A stretch of DNA of 60,045 nt from Candidatus Zambryskiibacteriota bacterium (GTDB lineage Bacteria; Patescibacteriota; Minisyncoccia; Phycocordibacterales; DATDWN01), in the NCBI GenBank assembly GCA_009694965.1, contig SIBV01000002.1, positions 1-60,045 of the forward strand. The letters are read 5' to 3'. This document shows, one piece after another, positions 15,884 through 26,993 of the stretch. The position numbers were made by a program, and so were the translations under genes. Within the stretch, counting starts at the first letter, position 1; each line of letters opens with the position of its first letter. The notes beneath the pieces were generated by a model. It was not told the origin of the DNA. It worked only from the letters and a program-made list of their open reading frames with translations, and searched no databases.

Positions 15884-18799
15884 TCTTTTATAACCACAGT
15901 ATCGGCAGTTTAAATCACCACAGTAATCCGTGGTGATTTTTACACTCCAAACACTATCTATGAGAGATTGAATTTCCTTTTTTGTTTGCTCTATATCCTC
16001 ATGTGCAACTGGAATAGTAACAATAGGGCATCTACCCTTTTCATCTGGAGAAATGAAAACTAATGAGGTATTTATTGACTTCATCTTCCACTCTGACCTA
16101 CCAGCAAGAAGCATTTTGTAAAAGATGAGCTGGCGGAAATAATTACGTTCACCACTCTTGTTTAAACCTTTTATTTTTTCAACAGTCATTCCCTGCTTGG
16201 TTTTGTAATCAAATACCGAAACTACTTCTCCATCATCAATCACAGCATCAAGTTTACCGTGGATTGGGATTATCAAATTCTTGCCTTCATATTCTGTGTC
16301 AAAAGGTGTCTCAAACCACCTCTCTGTTGAGATTATTCCCGAAGTATTAAAGTGCGACTCCAACGCGTTTGAGATTGGCTTAGCACTTTCAACTAATTCA
16401 TTTTTCAATAACATTTTATCATTTTGAGATAGTAGTGATTTGTCTATGTAAGCACTTGTAACAGAGATAATCACTTTTTCAATATTTTGAGCTGAGTGGT
16501 CCTTTTCAACCCAAATCCGAGACATAGCTTCATGCATCGCACTGCCCTTTTCAGAAAACAAAGATGGCGCTTGTGGCATTTTCAAAATACTTTCATACAA
16601 AAACTTACTTGGGCATTCTAGAAAGTGATTCAAAGCCGTCACTGATAAACCAGTTTTCAATAAAACGTTTTTTGCTTCACTCACTAAGAGCCTTTCTGCT
16701 CCACTTTCTGTGTATTCAGTGTTTTTCAAGTCCTTCAAGGAAACACTAGCTCTTCCGAGTCGAGTCTCCACAATATGTTCTTCTGGTAGCTCATTCACAA
16801 AACGTAGTTGAGAGAGCGTCTTCCCATCAGATTCCTCAGCAGAATAAAGTATGGTTGCATGTTTACGTGCTCTTGTTATCGCCACATAAAAAAGCCTCCT
16901 CATATCCTTAACATTATGGTCGTCAGATTTTGTAGTGGATAAAACAAAGGATGAACCTCTAGACTTTCCAACCCAAGATTCCTCGTTTGCGTATGGAGTA
17001 AAGACATAGTCAAACTCAAGACCTTTTGAACCATGTGCCGTCATGGCTTTAATAGGAAAATCTGGTGCTCCCACTGATACTTTTACCGTTTTAGACTCAG
17101 CAGACTGCTTATATTTGAGCATAGCCTCCATGAGTTCAGTGGGGTTAAGAATGTTACTATCACGAACCAAAGACTCAGCCAGGGTCACTATACCCTTCCA
17201 AACATGAACAAAAGACGGATCTCTGGAAACTAGACTAACGAAGCCTGATTCTTCAGCACAATGAATAATCCCTCCCAATGCCCCATCCCTAAGCATCCTA
17301 TCTCTTATATTTTTAATGGCTGGCAAGATAGTCTCAATACTTGAAACTCCTGACCTGATAGAGCGGATAAGTTCAACTGATTGCTCAAAAGTTGTACCCC
17401 ACATACCAACCACTAAAGTCTTTGCCAAATAGTCAGTTTTTGAAGGGTCACAGATATATTCAATCAAATCAAAAAATGCCACACCAATCGGATGATGAAA
17501 GATATCAAGACTACGCTCAGATGAAACTGGAATATTTTGTGATTCAAGCAACCTCAAAACTCTTTCCAATTCCCTATTTCGTCTTGTAATTATCGCCACT
17601 GTGGCCTCTGGTTCACTTTCAGTTATCTCCTTTAATTTCTTGACCAAATACTCCTCTATAGCTGGAGTATTTTCTCCAAAAACAATATCTAACGGACGTG
17701 AAGCGCTTTTTGTTCCAGATTTAAGCTTCACTCTGAGGTCTACATATTCCTCTCCCTCATAATTGTTTTCAATCATTTGGAAACTGGCGTCTAAGATTGA
17801 CTGGTGTGAACGATAGTTCGTATCCAAACTAATCAGTTTCATAGACGGCCAGCGTTTACGTAGTTTCAAAAAGTTCTCTACTGATGCGCCTTGAAACCTA
17901 TAAATCGCCTGCTTTTCATCTCCCACGATAAAGATATTGGGAGTATCAAAAAACTCTGCAATGAGACTGATGATAAAGTTTTGAGAATCATTTGTGTCTT
18001 GATGCTCGTCAACCAACAAATACAAAAATCTTTCCTGTATTAAACGAAGCAACAGTTCATTTTGTCTCATGGTAACCAAAAGCTCAATAATTAGGTCGTC
18101 ATAATCCTTCAGTTTCTTCATCTGTTTTTCTTCCTCATACTTTTCATAAACAAGAGCGAAGAGTAAAGTTTTTTCTAATTTCTCAATTTTATCTATCGCC
18201 TCTGCTTTTAAATTGCCCTTTGAGGCCCCTCTAGTTGAAATACTAGACTCATCACTTTTTATATTCTCAATTTCTTGTTTAGCAAATTCACGAACACTCA
18301 GAGGTGTAATTGCATCCTTCTTGGCATCAGAAATAGTTTTAATGATAGACAAAATATAAGTATCAGGTCTGCCAAGTGGACGGAGCGCAAGAAATGTTGG
18401 GTCAGCAATGATATTTCGGACTAATGACTCAGCATCAACATCAGTCATTTGTTTAAAATCACCAATTCTAATGAAATGGTCAGGATACTCTGACATCATT
18501 GCCGAAGCAAAACTGTGAAAGGTGTGAATGTAAACATCGTGTGCACGATTACCAATAATTTCCCGTAGTTTTGTTCTAATTGCACGTACACCTGCATCGG
18601 TATAAGTTATCGCTAAGATTCCATGAGCAGGTGTGTCAGTCTTTTGTAAAATCTCTGCAATACGCAGTGTCAAAATAGTAGTTTTACCTGTTCCAGGACC
18701 AGCAATAACTAAGACTGGCCCTTCAATAGTATCAACTGCAAGTTTCTGAGCCTTGTTGAGATTTTTATATTTTTCCTTAAAAACTAGGTCGTTCGACAT
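15872..18799 (-). CDS. UvrD/PcrA-type SF1 helicase fused to a C-terminal PD-(D/E)XK (Cas4/AddB-like) nuclease with a Cys cluster
   Basis: AGPGTGKTT, DEHQDT, YRS and TAHGSKGLEFD helicase motifs. C-terminal GKLDAV...DYKT plus C...CX4CX2C. Start at ATG 18799, since the longer ORF runs into repeat L4. Confidence 0.88.
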   Translation of the reverse strand: MSNDLVFKEKYKNLNKAQKLAVDTIEGPVLVIAGPGTGKTTILTLRIAEILQKTDTPAHGILAITYTDAGVRAIRTKLREIIGNRAHDVYIHTFHSFASAMMSEYPDHFIRIGDFKQMTDVDAESLVRNIIADPTFLALRPLGRPDTYILSIIKTISDAKKDAITPLSVREFAKQEIENIKSDESSISTRGASKGNLKAEAIDKIEKLEKTLLFALVYEKYEEEKQMKKLKDYDDLIIELLVTMRQNELLLRLIQERFLYLLVDEHQDTNDSQNFIISLIAEFFDTPNIFIVGDEKQAIYRFQGASVENFLKLRKRWPSMKLISLDTNYRSHQSILDASFQMIENNYEGEEYVDLRVKLKSGTKSASRPLDIVFGENTPAIEEYLVKKLKEITESEPEATVAIITRRNRELERVLRLLESQNIPVSSERSLDIFHHPIGVAFFDLIEYICDPSKTDYLAKTLVVGMWGTTFEQSVELIRSIRSGVSSIETILPAIKNIRDRMLRDGALGGIIHCAEESGFVSLVSRDPSFVHVWKGIVTLAESLVRDSNILNPTELMEAMLKYKQSAESKTVKVSVGAPDFPIKAMTAHGSKGLEFDYVFTPYANEESWVGKSRGSSFVLSTTKSDDHNVKDMRRLFYVAITRARKHATILYSAEESDGKTLSQLRFVNELPEEHIVETRLGRASVSLKDLKNTEYTESGAERLLVSEAKNVLLKTGLSVTALNHFLECPSKFLYESILKMPQAPSLFSEKGSAMHEAMSRIWVEKDHSAQNIEKVIISVTSAYIDKSLLSQNDKMLLKNELVESAKPISNALESHFNTSGIISTERWFETPFDTEYEGKNLIIPIHGKLDAVIDDGEVVSVFDYKTKQGMTVEKIKGLNKSGERNYFRQLIFYKMLLAGRSEWKMKSINTSLVFISPDEKGRCPIVTIPVAHEDIEQTKKEIQSLIDSVWSVKITTDYCGDLNCRYCGYKRLLK

Positions 18800-18819
18800 A
18801 CATATAGAATACCTTATTT

Positions 18820-18964
18820 TTATCCGCACACCAATTCTAGCATCGTTGTTTTTTTGTGTCACAACTACTCACTAATCACTTAGATTAAACTTAAATTTAC
18901 TACAGTATATTGTAGTAAAATAATCGCAACAACGACACTATGCTAGGTTTAGTGTTTGGATTAA
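18820..18964. repeat. L-family long hairpin element, copy L4 (right arm degenerate)
   Basis: tttatccgcacaccaattctagcatcgttg... / ...caacgacactatgctaggtttagtgtttggatta. Confidence 0.7.
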
Positions 18965-18975
18965 GACAAAAAAAG

Positions 18976-19038
18976 CCCAGATAGTAGAGCCTACCGCAGT
19001 ACTAGAGATTACTCAGTACACGGTTCACTCACTACTGG
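18976..19038 (+). repeat. H-family hairpin, copy H1
   Basis: cccagatagtagagcctaccgcagtactagagattactcagtacacggttcactcactactgg, with the central ~30 nt nearly identical to 50717-50778. Confidence 0.75.
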
Positions 19039-19090
19039 ACACGCCTCGTGCGGTGGAGTCCAACATAGACTCCACTCACACAAAACTTGC

Positions 19091-19246
19091 TCAAGCCTCT
19101 GGCTCATCTAGAGGCTTCGGTGTTTCGTCGATCGGCTTCCCGTCTGGCCCAATTTCCTCAAGCAGTCTGTAGCATTCCAGGCAGTGATTGTAATTGCCTA
19201 GCATGCCGATATTTACACCACCACAATACGGACAATGTTTCTCCAT
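19091..19246 (-). CDS. 51-aa zinc-ribbon protein (CxxC...CxxC) with Pro/Glu-rich tail, GC-rich island C; not in the ORF track
   Basis: GGGGGTGA immediately upstream of the ATG at 19246. MEKHCPYCGGVNIGMLGNYNHCLECYRLLEEIGPDGKPIDETPKPLDEPEA, TGA stop at 19091. Confidence 0.5.
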   Translation of the reverse strand: MEKHCPYCGGVNIGMLGNYNHCLECYRLLEEIGPDGKPIDETPKPLDEPEA

Positions 19247-19321
19247 TCACCCCCCAGAGTTAACTTCCCACTAAATAGTATCACAATGTTTAAAATTTTG
19301 GTGAGAAAAAACTCCGGATAG

Positions 19322-19347
19322 TAGAGCGGGATGAATCCCGCTCTACA
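19322..19347 (-). terminator. hairpin downstream of the phosphatase gene (H-family-like left flank)
   Basis: Perfect 11-bp stem gtagagcggga tgaa tcccgctctac. The T-run on the minus strand begins only 9 nt after the stem. Confidence 0.45.
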
Positions 19348-19390
19348 CAAACGAAGCATTAGCCCAAAACGGGTAGAAGAACTGAGTTCC

Positions 19391-19843
19391 CTACCACTTG
19401 GTCTTGAGTTCTGTAGCGATTTCTCGCATGTGGAACTCGACGAGCGCCGCGCAAGCCGTGTACGCAGCTGGGCCGAGCTGCCACGGATTGGGAACACCGT
19501 CCCCCTTCGCGTTAACTACTCGCACCCGAAAGCGCATTACCGGGTACGCGTTGCGGATTTGCTCAGCCTGCTCTTCACCTGCACACAGAATGATGTCGAA
19601 CAGTTCGACTGGCCCGACTGACCCAATGTGACGGCTCTTGTGTCCATCCACATGCAGCCCACGCAGTGCAAGTTCCTTGGCCGAGTCCACGTTTATCTCG
19701 TTGCCTTCGGAGCCTTTGTTTGTGCCCGCACTTTCGACGCAGACATCTCCCATTCCGAGTTTATCCAACTCGTTCTGCAGGATGGCCTGCATCATGGGCG
19801 AACGACAGGTGTTGCCGAAGCAAACACACAATACCTTTTTCAC
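19391..19843 (-). CDS. low-molecular-weight protein-tyrosine phosphatase / ArsC-like (LMWPc) family, GC-rich island C
   Basis: VLCVCFGNTCRSPM = CX5R(S/T) P-loop. GGAGGA SD 8 nt upstream of the GTG at 19843. The longer ATG-initiated ORF overlaps its own promoter. Confidence 0.8.
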   Translation of the reverse strand: MKKVLCVCFGNTCRSPMMQAILQNELDKLGMGDVCVESAGTNKGSEGNEINVDSAKELALRGLHVDGHKSRHIGSVGPVELFDIILCAGEEQAEQIRNAYPVMRFRVRVVNAKGDGVPNPWQLGPAAYTACAALVEFHMREIATELKTKW

Positions 19844-19864
19844 GGTTCGAATCCTCCGTTTTTT

Positions 19865-19894
19865 ACTATAGCACGAAAAATGCCTATTTGTCAA
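19865..19894 (-). promoter_or_regulatory. sigma70-type promoter TTGACA-N18-TATAGT
   Basis: Minus strand: TTGACA (19889-19894) and TATAGT (19865-19870). Confidence 0.55.
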
Positions 19895-19932
19895 CCATCA
19901 AAAAACCTCTCAGTTGAGAGGTTTTTTGATGG
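19895..19932. terminator. perfect 17-bp palindromic hairpin, bidirectional terminator/insulator
   Basis: ccatcaaaaaacctctc agtt gagaggttttttgatgg. Sits between the rpoD 3' region and the island C promoter. Confidence 0.7.
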
Positions 19933-19934
19933 TT

Positions 19935-20055
19935 TTAAAACTTGTTGAGCGCATATTATTTTTAGAGGCCCCGCAGCCGACGGGCGAGGATTTGAGAGAT
20001 TTTTCACCAGAAAAATCGCGTACTCTAAAAATGATATGCCGAAAAAGAGTTTTAA
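19935..20055 (+). repeat. family-1 structured element, copy k (divergent)
   Basis: GTTGAGCGC...ttatttttagAG-GCCC..GGGC-GAGG...ctctaaaaatgatatGCCgAAAA. Confidence 0.55.
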
Positions 20056-20058
20056 AAA

Positions 20059-21366
20059 TTAGTAGTAATTCCTTAAACGGTTTATCTTATCGTGTTGACG
20101 TATCTTTTCGTGAGCTTTGGCCTCAATCTGTCGGATACGTTCACGAGTCACTCCAAACTCCTTTCCTACTTCTTCTAGTGTATGTGTCACTCCGTCCACA
20201 AGTCCGTGTCGAAGTTCCAAAATCCTTCTCTCTTTTTCTGGAAGATCGTTTAGAATTTCTTTTACTTGATCAGAAATAATTCTTCTGGATGCCTCTTGTT
20301 CTGGAGATAGAATCTTGTCGTCAGCGAGGAAGTCTCCGAGTTTTGACTTACTATCATCCCCTTCTTCACCAATCGGCGTTTCAAGAGACAAAGTACTTTG
20401 GTCTATCTTTTCTATAGTATAAATCTTCTCAACTGCGAGATTCATTTCTGTCGCAATCTCTTCTGGAAGTGGATCTCTTCCTAAGTCTTGTGAAAGTCGT
20501 CGCACAACTTGTTTATACTTCGCAATAGTTTCCACCATATGCACCGGAACACGAATAGTTCTAGACTGGTCTGCCAGAGCTCTTGTAATCGCTTGCCTGA
20601 TCCACCAAGTCGCATAGGTTGAGAACTTGTAACCCTTGGTCCAATCAAACTTATCAACAGCCTTAAAGAGTCCAAGGTTTCCTTCCTGAATAAGATCGAG
20701 AAGAGTCAGGTCTGCTGACCTATTGGCATATTTCTTCGCGATAGACACAACGAGTCTGAGGTTTGCACGAGCAAGAAGATTTTTCGCTTCAACATCCCCT
20801 GCTTCTATTCTCTTTGCTAACTCTTTTTCCATTGCCCCAGAAATAAGTTGGTATTGTCCGATTTCTTTTAAATACATCTGAATTGAGTCGTAAGAAGACT
20901 CACTTGATTTTCCATAGGTATATTTCTTTGCAACCAAATCATCAGTATTTGGAGTTTCAAGCAAGCCTCCTCCTTCTAGAATATCAACTCCACTTCCAGA
21001 TAGTTTCTCGTAAAGTTCATCCAAGAATATAATATCTTCCTCAACCGTAGGAAACTCTTTCAAAATCTCATCATAAGTTACGTATCCACGCTCCTTACCT
21101 TTGAACAGAAGCTTCGCCATACCTTGCTCTTGTTTGTCTGCTCTTTTCAAAACTGGTGCGTTCCTCTTTGACACAGTTTTTTCTGCTCTCATAGCAAGAG
21201 AAGATTTGTTCTTTTTCTTTGTCCGAATTTTTGGCATCACAAATTTCTTCAGCTTTCGTAGCTTACGCCTTACAGGTTTATGAGGCGCTTTTTTCATAAC
21301 CTTTTTAAGCTTTGTGATCTTTATCGCCTTTGTTTTGCTTTTTGCTTTGTATTTCTTATTTTTCAT
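20059..21366 (-). CDS. rpoD: RNA polymerase sigma-70 factor RpoD with Lys-rich N-terminal extension
   Basis: Region 1.2-4 motifs: [49 protein letters not shown]. Confidence 0.93.
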   Translation of the reverse strand: MKNKKYKAKSKTKAIKITKLKKVMKKAPHKPVRRKLRKLKKFVMPKIRTKKKNKSSLAMRAEKTVSKRNAPVLKRADKQEQGMAKLLFKGKERGYVTYDEILKEFPTVEEDIIFLDELYEKLSGSGVDILEGGGLLETPNTDDLVAKKYTYGKSSESSYDSIQMYLKEIGQYQLISGAMEKELAKRIEAGDVEAKNLLARANLRLVVSIAKKYANRSADLTLLDLIQEGNLGLFKAVDKFDWTKGYKFSTYATWWIRQAITRALADQSRTIRVPVHMVETIAKYKQVVRRLSQDLGRDPLPEEIATEMNLAVEKIYTIEKIDQSTLSLETPIGEEGDDSKSKLGDFLADDKILSPEQEASRRIISDQVKEILNDLPEKERRILELRHGLVDGVTHTLEEVGKEFGVTRERIRQIEAKAHEKIRQHDKINRLRNYY

Positions 21367-23068
21367 ATGAGTTTTTAATTTTGTTAATTTGTTGAGAGAT
21401 TCTTTGGCACTCTTCTAAATACTTGGCTATCTCGTCTGTACTTTTTGATTGTTCTGCCTTCTGAAGATTGACCATCGAAACTGAGAATTCTTTTTTAAGA
21501 TACTCCTCTTCTAGCCCTAGAAGTAAGTAGTTTATGTCTTTACTTAAATCTGTTTTGTTACTGTAGTAACTCTCTATCTCAAACATTAACAAGTCCTTTT
21601 CCTTTTCAAAATAACTTTCTAACTCCTGCATTCTTTCTTTGAAAATTTCTTTGGCTTTTTCCTCTATCTCACTTATATTTATATTGGGGTCTTTATCCTT
21701 CTTTCCCCTCTGCCACATTATTACTCCCATCACTTTCCTCTCAATCGACTCTACCCTTTTTAACCCAGGTGACTCCTCGGCGCGAAGGGGTGGACTCGAG
21801 AAGCCAGTCTCTACTCTTTGTAGGTCATCCCATAAGGCATCTTCTTTTATAAAAGCCTTCTGTGCAATGCTTTTTATAAAGTGAGATTTTTCTATCTGAC
21901 TTGTAAGTATCGCAATGTAAGGCAATACGTTTTTTTTAATTTCTTGTCCCAACTCACGAGACGGAATGGAACGGAGTAGTAGTGAGTCTGTATAGAAATC
22001 TATAATGTGTTTTGACCCGCGTAGAGACTCCTTCAATTTTTCCAAATCCTCCCGCGCCAAATCCGCAGGGTCTTTCCCTTCTGGCATCTGCGCAATCTTC
22101 AAGTCCATTCCGAGGGCTAGAGCAATCTGTGCACTTCTGTTTGATGCTGTGAATCCCGCAGAATCACCGTCATAAGCCATGATAATGCGGTTCGAAAGTC
22201 TGCGAAGTTTTACAAGATGGTTTTCCGTAAGTGCTGTACCAGAAGAAGCCACTGTGTTTTCTATGCCTACTTGGTGAAGCATTACTAGGTCCATCTGCCC
22301 TTCTACGAGAATTGAATAATCTTTTATTCTTATTCCATTTTTTGCCTTATCTAAGCCAAAAAGAATATCGGATTTATTAAATAGAACTGTTTCTGGACTA
22401 TTGAGATACTTGGGAGACTTATCGTCTGGAATAAGTATTCTTCCTGAAAAACCAACCACTCTTCCAGTAGAGTCGTTTATTGGAAACATGATACGTCCAC
22501 GGAAAGTGTCATAAAAAGAATCCGTACCTTCCTTTCTTTTTATGAGACCAACTGCAAGCATATTTTTTTCTGTAACGCCTCTATCTAGTAAGTATTGGTA
22601 TAATTCTCTCCATTCAGCAGGGGCTAATCCTATTCTAAAATCTTTTATAGTTTCTGCTTTTAGTCCGCGACTTTCTAAGTATTTCAATGCGTCCTTATTT
22701 TCAGACATGTTTTTCTCGTAGAAGAAAACTGCTTGTTCCAAAACTTGATGCAAGGCTTGCTTCTCTGATTTTTCACCTTTGTCGTATTGATCCAGCGAAA
22801 CCCCTGCCTTATCTGCGAGAACTTTGAGTGAACCAATGAAATCCAGTCCTTCAAACTCTTGAACAAAAGAAAATATATCCCCCTTGGCATGGCATCCAAA
22901 ACAATAATAACTACCTCTATCAGGTGACACGAAAAAGGATGGCGTCTTCTCATTATGAAAAGGACACCGACCTTTAAAGTTTGTTCCTGCCTTTTCCAAC
23001 TTTATATAAGATGAAACCAGGCTAACAATATCTATTTTTGATTTTATTTGGTCAACAGATGAGGACAT
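21356..23068 (-). CDS. dnaG: DNA primase DnaG
   Basis: Zn-finger [11 protein letters not shown]...CFGC, TOPRIM EGQMD...DGDSAG. Overlaps the rpoD start by 11 nt. Confidence 0.93.
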   Translation of the reverse strand: MSSSVDQIKSKIDIVSLVSSYIKLEKAGTNFKGRCPFHNEKTPSFFVSPDRGSYYCFGCHAKGDIFSFVQEFEGLDFIGSLKVLADKAGVSLDQYDKGEKSEKQALHQVLEQAVFFYEKNMSENKDALKYLESRGLKAETIKDFRIGLAPAEWRELYQYLLDRGVTEKNMLAVGLIKRKEGTDSFYDTFRGRIMFPINDSTGRVVGFSGRILIPDDKSPKYLNSPETVLFNKSDILFGLDKAKNGIRIKDYSILVEGQMDLVMLHQVGIENTVASSGTALTENHLVKLRRLSNRIIMAYDGDSAGFTASNRSAQIALALGMDLKIAQMPEGKDPADLAREDLEKLKESLRGSKHIIDFYTDSLLLRSIPSRELGQEIKKNVLPYIAILTSQIEKSHFIKSIAQKAFIKEDALWDDLQRVETGFSSPPLRAEESPGLKRVESIERKVMGVIMWQRGKKDKDPNINISEIEEKAKEIFKERMQELESYFEKEKDLLMFEIESYYSNKTDLSKDINYLLLGLEEEYLKKEFSVSMVNLQKAEQSKSTDEIAKYLEECQRISQQINKIKNSYEK

Positions 23069-23199
23069 GATTTGTGATAATTTTAAATTTTTAATTTACA
23101 ATTTCCAATCAATTACAAATGTCCTAATTTTCAATTTTTAAAATTGATTCATTGAAAATTCAATGAAAATTCTAAATTGAAAATTGAAAATTTAGATTT

Positions 23200-26100
23200 C
23201 TACTGAAATCTACTTCTTTCTTCGTAAACTACTGGTCTGTTCGCTCTCATCTCCGCAATCATCGCCGCCTTTCTGCTTCCCTTGAATCCTGTTCCCGCTG
23301 GAATAAGTCTTCCAAGAATAACGTTCTCCATAAGTCCTGACAGTTCGTCTGCGTTGCCTCGGATTGAGCTAGAGATAAGCATTCTGGTTGTGTGTTGGAA
23401 TGATGCAGCTGCAAGGAAGCTCTTTCTTGAAAGTGATACGTCTGTAATACCCATCACAACTCCTTCTGCTTTCGCTTCATCAAGTCCTTCTGCTTTCAAT
23501 CTTGCGTTCTCTTCGAGTAGGAATGCTGTCTCGACAACGTCTCCGGCTAGGAATACTGAGTCACCTGCAGTCTTCACTCTCTTTCGAGCAAACATTTGTC
23601 GTACGATTGTTTCGATGTGCTTTCGTGACACTGTTTCTCCTTGAAGTTCGTAAGGTTTGTTTATTTCAGAAATAATATAATCAATAGTTTTCTCTCTTCC
23701 AGCATATTTGTATAGTTCATCAATGTCGGCTGATCCGTCAGTTAGCATATCTCCCTTCTTTACCTCATCCCCAGCTCTTACCCACACAGTTCTGTTGAAA
23801 GAAACTGAATACTCGATTTGGTCCTTTGTTTTTGTTCTATCTTCTAGGTTTGGAGTGATAACAATAACTTTTTCCTTGTCAGTAACCCTAATCTCTGTAA
23901 TCATTCCAGAAACTGAAGAAATGATGCTCGGATTCTTTGGCTTTCTCTTCTCAAACAACTCTTCAACACGCGGAAGACCTTGAACAATGTCTCCAGAAAT
24001 AGAAGCTCCAGTCGCGTGTTTAGTGTTCATGGTTAATTGTGTTCCAGGTTCACCAATCGCTTGTCCTGCAACTGTTCCAACTGCTTCACCTAATTCTACT
24101 ACTTTGTTTTTACCTAGGTCTGCTCCGTAGCACTTAATACAAATACCATTGAGTGTTTTACATGAGAGTGGCGATCGCACAAAAACTTTTGTAACTCCTG
24201 AAGCTTCAACTGCTTGAGCATCTGCTTTTGAAAGATAGTGTTCTTTTTTGAACATCACTGTTCCATCAGCCTTTACTACATCTTGCGATAGGAATCGGCC
24301 TTTTGCGTGCTTCACGATAGAAACTTCCATTCCTGATGAGCCATTTTTGTCGATTACAATTCCTTCTTTTGTTCCACAATCTTCTTCCGTAATAATTGTG
24401 TCTTGTGCTACAACGAAAAGCTTTCGAGTTAGGTATCCTGCCTTCGCTGTGTTGAGAGCGGTGTCAGTAAGACCCTTTCGTGAACCGTGAGTAATAATGA
24501 AATACTCAAGAGGTGTTAGACCTTCTTTTGAACAAGATAGAATTGGGAATTCAATAGTCTCTCCTGCGTTGTTTGCGATAAGTCCCATCATACCCGCCAT
24601 TTGTGTCACGTTTGCCATAGATCCTCTAGCTCCAGAAAGTATAATGTCAGCAACGGATCCGTTCTTTGGAAGAGTGGCTGGAATAAGTTTTTCAACTTCA
24701 GCTTTTGCTCCGTGCCAAATCTCTGTAATCATTCTGATTCTTTCTTGCTTCGAAAGTAGACCGTTGTGGAAGTTATTGACCACTCGTTCTGCTTTTACCT
24801 TTGCTTTATTAACAATATCTGTTCTTCCTTCAGGTGTAATAACATCATCAATACCCCACGTAATACCAGAGTGTGTGGCATATTTGAATCCAAAAGTTTT
24901 TATCTTATCAATAATAACTGGAGTATTCTCTATTCCATATTTATCAGCAACGTCGTCAATAAATACTGAAATCTTCTTTCTATCAACCTCATTATTTATG
25001 AAAGGATAATCGTTAGGTAAAACAGAATTGAAAAGTAGCCTTCCAACAGTTGTGTCGAAGATTTTTCCATCAAACTGCTTATACTTAGCTGAAACAGGTG
25101 CCAAAACTTTTATTTTTGTTCTAAATGAAACTGCGCCTAGGTCATATGCCATGATTGCAGAGTTTGGAGTGGCAAAAAACTTTCCTTCACCTTTTTCACC
25201 AACAATCTCCTTAGTCATCCAATAACAACCCAAAACAATATCAAGCATTTTTGCAGAAACAGTAGGGTCTCCTGATCCCGGTTTCAAAATGTTCTTATCC
25301 GATGCCATGATTTCTTTAGCTTCCAACTGAGCTTCATCAGAAAGCGGTACGTGAACAGCCATTTGGTCACCATCGAAGTCCGCGTTAAAAGCAAAACAAA
25401 CTAGTGGATGAACTTGAATAGCGTTGCCTTCAATTAGAATAGGCTGGAAAGCTTGGATGCCTAGTCTATGTAGAGTAGGAGCACGGTTTAGTAGGACGAA
25501 TCTGTCTCGAATTACGTCTTCAAGGATTGCCCATACTTCTGGAATACCGTCTTCGATAAGTTTTGAAGCTCCTCGGATATTGTATGCCAATTCTTTCTGT
25601 AAGAGTTGTGAAATAACGAAAGGTTTAAACAATTCCAGTGCCATGTGCTTTGGCAATCCACACTGACTGAGTTTCAAGTCTGGTCCCACAACGATCACTG
25701 ATCGTCCTGAGTAGTCCACACGCTTTCCAAGTAGGTTCTGTCGGAAGATTCCTCTCTTGCCCTTCAGGTTATCTGCAAGAGATTTCAAAGGTCTTCGCTG
25801 AGACTGATTGACCGCGCCCGATGCTGATCCGTGTCGAATAGAGTTGTCTATTAGAGCATCCACAGCTTCTTGTAGAATTCTTTTTTCGTTTCGCAAAATA
25901 ACATCAGGAGCGTGAATCTCCTTCAACTTCTTTAAGCGATTGTTTCGGTTGATAACTCTTCGGTATAGGTCGTTAACATCAGAGGTTGCGTATCTTCCTC
26001 CATCAAGTGGTACCATAGGTCGAAGGGCCGGAGGTATAACTGGAATATTAAGTAGGAACATCCACTCTGGGCGAATATTTGAGATAATCATTGCAGAAAT

Positions 26101-26874
26101 AACACTAATTCTTTTATTCACTTTTACAACTTCTAGACTGCTTGCCTTTTCTAGTTCTTGTTTAAGTTGCTCCAAAAGCTTTGGCAGGTCAATTCTTTTG
26201 AAAATATTGTAAATTGCCTCAGCACCGATTGATGCTTCAAACATAGTTCCATATTTCATTCCGAAGTTATAGTACTCAACCTCGTCCAAAACACGTCCTT
26301 CTTGTATAGACTCGATATCTCTCTTGGCAGTTAGAAGCATTTCTTTCACAGCTTCTTTTGTTTTCTCATCTTGAAGAGACTTCACCTTTGCTTTGTATTC
26401 TGAATCTAAATCTTTCAGGTATCGTGTTCTGTCTTCTTCTGAAACCTTTGTGATGATGTAGCCTGCAAAGTAGATGACTTTTTCGATGTCAGATACTGGA
26501 ATACCTAATACAGAACTGATTCGACTTGGCATTGATTTCAAAAACCAGATGTGAGAAACCACAGTCGCAAGTTCAATGTGACCCATTCTCTCTCGTCGAA
26601 CAATTGATCGAGTGATTTCCACTCCACATTTTTCACAAACTATTCCCTTGTATCGAATACCTCGATATTTTCCACAGTAACATTCGTAGTCTTTATCTGG
26701 GCCGAAGATCTTTTCATCAAACAAACCTGACTTTTCACTTCTTTGAGTTCTGTAGTTAATAGTTTCTGGCTTTGTAACCTCGCCGAATGACCATTCCTTG
26801 ATTCTCTCAGGAGATGCGATTTTCAGCGCTATTGTTTCGAAATCGTTTGAATCTGTTGTTATTCTTTTTTTCAT
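23200..26874 (-). CDS. rpoC: DNA-directed RNA polymerase subunit beta-prime
   Basis: 1224 aa with NADFDGDQM catalytic motif and Zn-binding CYCGKY...CEKCGV. Confidence 0.97.
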   Translation of the reverse strand: MKKRITTDSNDFETIALKIASPERIKEWSFGEVTKPETINYRTQRSEKSGLFDEKIFGPDKDYECYCGKYRGIRYKGIVCEKCGVEITRSIVRRERMGHIELATVVSHIWFLKSMPSRISSVLGIPVSDIEKVIYFAGYIITKVSEEDRTRYLKDLDSEYKAKVKSLQDEKTKEAVKEMLLTAKRDIESIQEGRVLDEVEYYNFGMKYGTMFEASIGAEAIYNIFKRIDLPKLLEQLKQELEKASSLEVVKVNKRISVISAMIISNIRPEWMFLLNIPVIPPALRPMVPLDGGRYATSDVNDLYRRVINRNNRLKKLKEIHAPDVILRNEKRILQEAVDALIDNSIRHGSASGAVNQSQRRPLKSLADNLKGKRGIFRQNLLGKRVDYSGRSVIVVGPDLKLSQCGLPKHMALELFKPFVISQLLQKELAYNIRGASKLIEDGIPEVWAILEDVIRDRFVLLNRAPTLHRLGIQAFQPILIEGNAIQVHPLVCFAFNADFDGDQMAVHVPLSDEAQLEAKEIMASDKNILKPGSGDPTVSAKMLDIVLGCYWMTKEIVGEKGEGKFFATPNSAIMAYDLGAVSFRTKIKVLAPVSAKYKQFDGKIFDTTVGRLLFNSVLPNDYPFINNEVDRKKISVFIDDVADKYGIENTPVIIDKIKTFGFKYATHSGITWGIDDVITPEGRTDIVNKAKVKAERVVNNFHNGLLSKQERIRMITEIWHGAKAEVEKLIPATLPKNGSVADIILSGARGSMANVTQMAGMMGLIANNAGETIEFPILSCSKEGLTPLEYFIITHGSRKGLTDTALNTAKAGYLTRKLFVVAQDTIITEEDCGTKEGIVIDKNGSSGMEVSIVKHAKGRFLSQDVVKADGTVMFKKEHYLSKADAQAVEASGVTKVFVRSPLSCKTLNGICIKCYGADLGKNKVVELGEAVGTVAGQAIGEPGTQLTMNTKHATGASISGDIVQGLPRVEELFEKRKPKNPSIISSVSGMITEIRVTDKEKVIVITPNLEDRTKTKDQIEYSVSFNRTVWVRAGDEVKKGDMLTDGSADIDELYKYAGREKTIDYIISEINKPYELQGETVSRKHIETIVRQMFARKRVKTAGDSVFLAGDVVETAFLLEENARLKAEGLDEAKAEGVVMGITDVSLSRKSFLAAASFQHTTRMLISSSIRGNADELSGLMENVILGRLIPAGTGFKGSRKAAMIAEMRANRPVVYEERSRFQ

Positions 26875-26883
26875 AGTGTTTTA

Positions 26884-26990
26884 TACGAATATGCGAATAA
26901 TTTCCGAAATTACGAATGTTTCCGAATGAATTCCCGAGGCTTTGTCTTATTCGTAGCCATTCGTATCATTGGTTCATTCGTATATTCGTA
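26884..26990. repeat. array of TACGAAT / ATTCGTA heptamers forming a large imperfect palindrome (rpoB-rpoC spacer)
   Basis: Four to five (T/C)(A/C)CGAAT copies on the left half and four ATTCGTA copies on the right half around 26930-26945. Confidence 0.7.
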
Positions 26991-26993
26991 TCT

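Noticed and set aside
19844-19860. A GGTTCGAATCC string resembling a tRNA T-arm.
   Set aside because: The flanking bases (cacgg / cctcc) cannot form the T stem and no acceptor or D arm is present. It is the reverse complement of the SD region of the phosphatase gene.
19213-19948. Overlapping ORFs (19213-19497, 19331-19621, 19398-19631, 19628-19948 and others) around the phosphatase gene.
   Set aside because: They are GC-driven open frames overlapping a gene with a clear CX5R active site. They have no SD or promoter.
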